A DNA stretch of 64,000 nt. Source: Naegleria gruberi (Eukaryota). The stretch lies in NCBI GenBank assembly GCA_000004985.1, contig GG738852.1. One strand, written 5' to 3'. Positions 63,421-64,000 of this stretch are shown here, in pieces. The notes below the pieces were generated by a model. The model searched no databases. It saw only the letters and a list, made by a program, of their open reading frames with translations, and was not told the DNA's origin. Made by a program: the position numbers and the translations under genes. Positions within the stretch are counted from its first letter, which is position 1. Every line of letters starts with the position of its first letter.

Positions 63421-64000
63421 TCATCCAAACATTCATCATCATCCTCAAAATGACCATTATCAACAGTTATGGATGGATCAACAACAGTAAGATCTCCACA
63501 CTTTATCATCTTCATCAACATTGATTGCAGCATTGTTAAATACAATTCCGACACTTATTGGTAGTTGCCAGCTGGCAGGTTGGGACAAGTGGCCTTAATA
63601 GATTTAAGAGTGTTGTCAGGTCCCGCCAATTCCCTTTGTAAAATCAAAGGCTATTTTTACCTTAAAAAAATGGCATACTTCTTTGTATTCGAGGAGGTAT
63701 CGTACAAGGAAATCATTGCGTAACAGGTTGCTCAACTTTAGTATTGGTAAATCGATGTAGTAGTTTTGAACTAATATGAATTGGATGAATCGACTAGTAC
63801 GTATTTATTTAAGGCTGTGATATTCCGATCATCATCATCATTATTATAGTTGATCAACAGGACGATTCATCATCATCAACAACAAAAACAAGAACAGCTT
63901 CCGAATCAGATCAAACCACAGAGGGTAGGAAGTTCCAACTCTGCTATCAAAGGTCCTGGTGTTTTTTGCTTGCTAACTTTGATGACACGTTTGTACCCTC

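Overview
This is a compact, AT-rich eukaryotic nuclear locus, not a prokaryotic one. It carries about 35 protein-coding genes on both strands, roughly one per 1.8 kb. Many are interrupted by short GT..AG spliceosomal introns of 47-340 nt. Several convergent pairs have only 36-130 bp between their stop codons. Encoded proteins are rich in Asn/Ser/Gln low-complexity tracts.

Functions I can assign from sequence similarity:
- intraflagellar transport protein IFT81, so the organism builds cilia or flagella
- ALDH7A1 (antiquitin)
- the UBE2N/Ubc13 E2 enzyme
- a SWEET sugar transporter
- an F-box/RasGEF protein
- PRP38
- a RING-H2/UIM E3 ligase
- MFAP1
- a membrane-anchored NAD-dependent UDP-sugar epimerase
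- stomatin-like protein 2
- a GT61 glycosyltransferase
- VIT-vWA and vWA proteins
- an actin-like protein
- mitochondrial pyruvate carrier MPC1
- a Rieske-domain protein
- an SGT-type TPR co-chaperone
- an RCC1-repeat protein
- two DUF4116-like repeat proteins
- a cluster of three paralogous 7TM-RGS receptor-like genes

Non-coding features:
- a tRNA-Asp(GTC) gene
- a dispersed 5S rRNA gene that the ORF track could not show
- a small MITE-like element with perfect 10-bp terminal inverted repeats, plus a truncated second copy
- a degraded actin fragment and a 5S-like remnant near the 3' end of the window
- a partial gene running off the 5' edge

I found no prokaryote-style defence or operon system. 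The most interesting eukaryotic signals are the 7TM-RGS paralog cluster, a split DUF4116 gene (possible micro-intron or frameshift), the frameshifted actin-like gene, the pol III gene pair with nearby repeat remnants, and a secreted RPYY-repeat protein. The taxon is only an inference: composition and gene content suggest a ciliated, Dictyostelium/Naegleria-like AT-rich protist.
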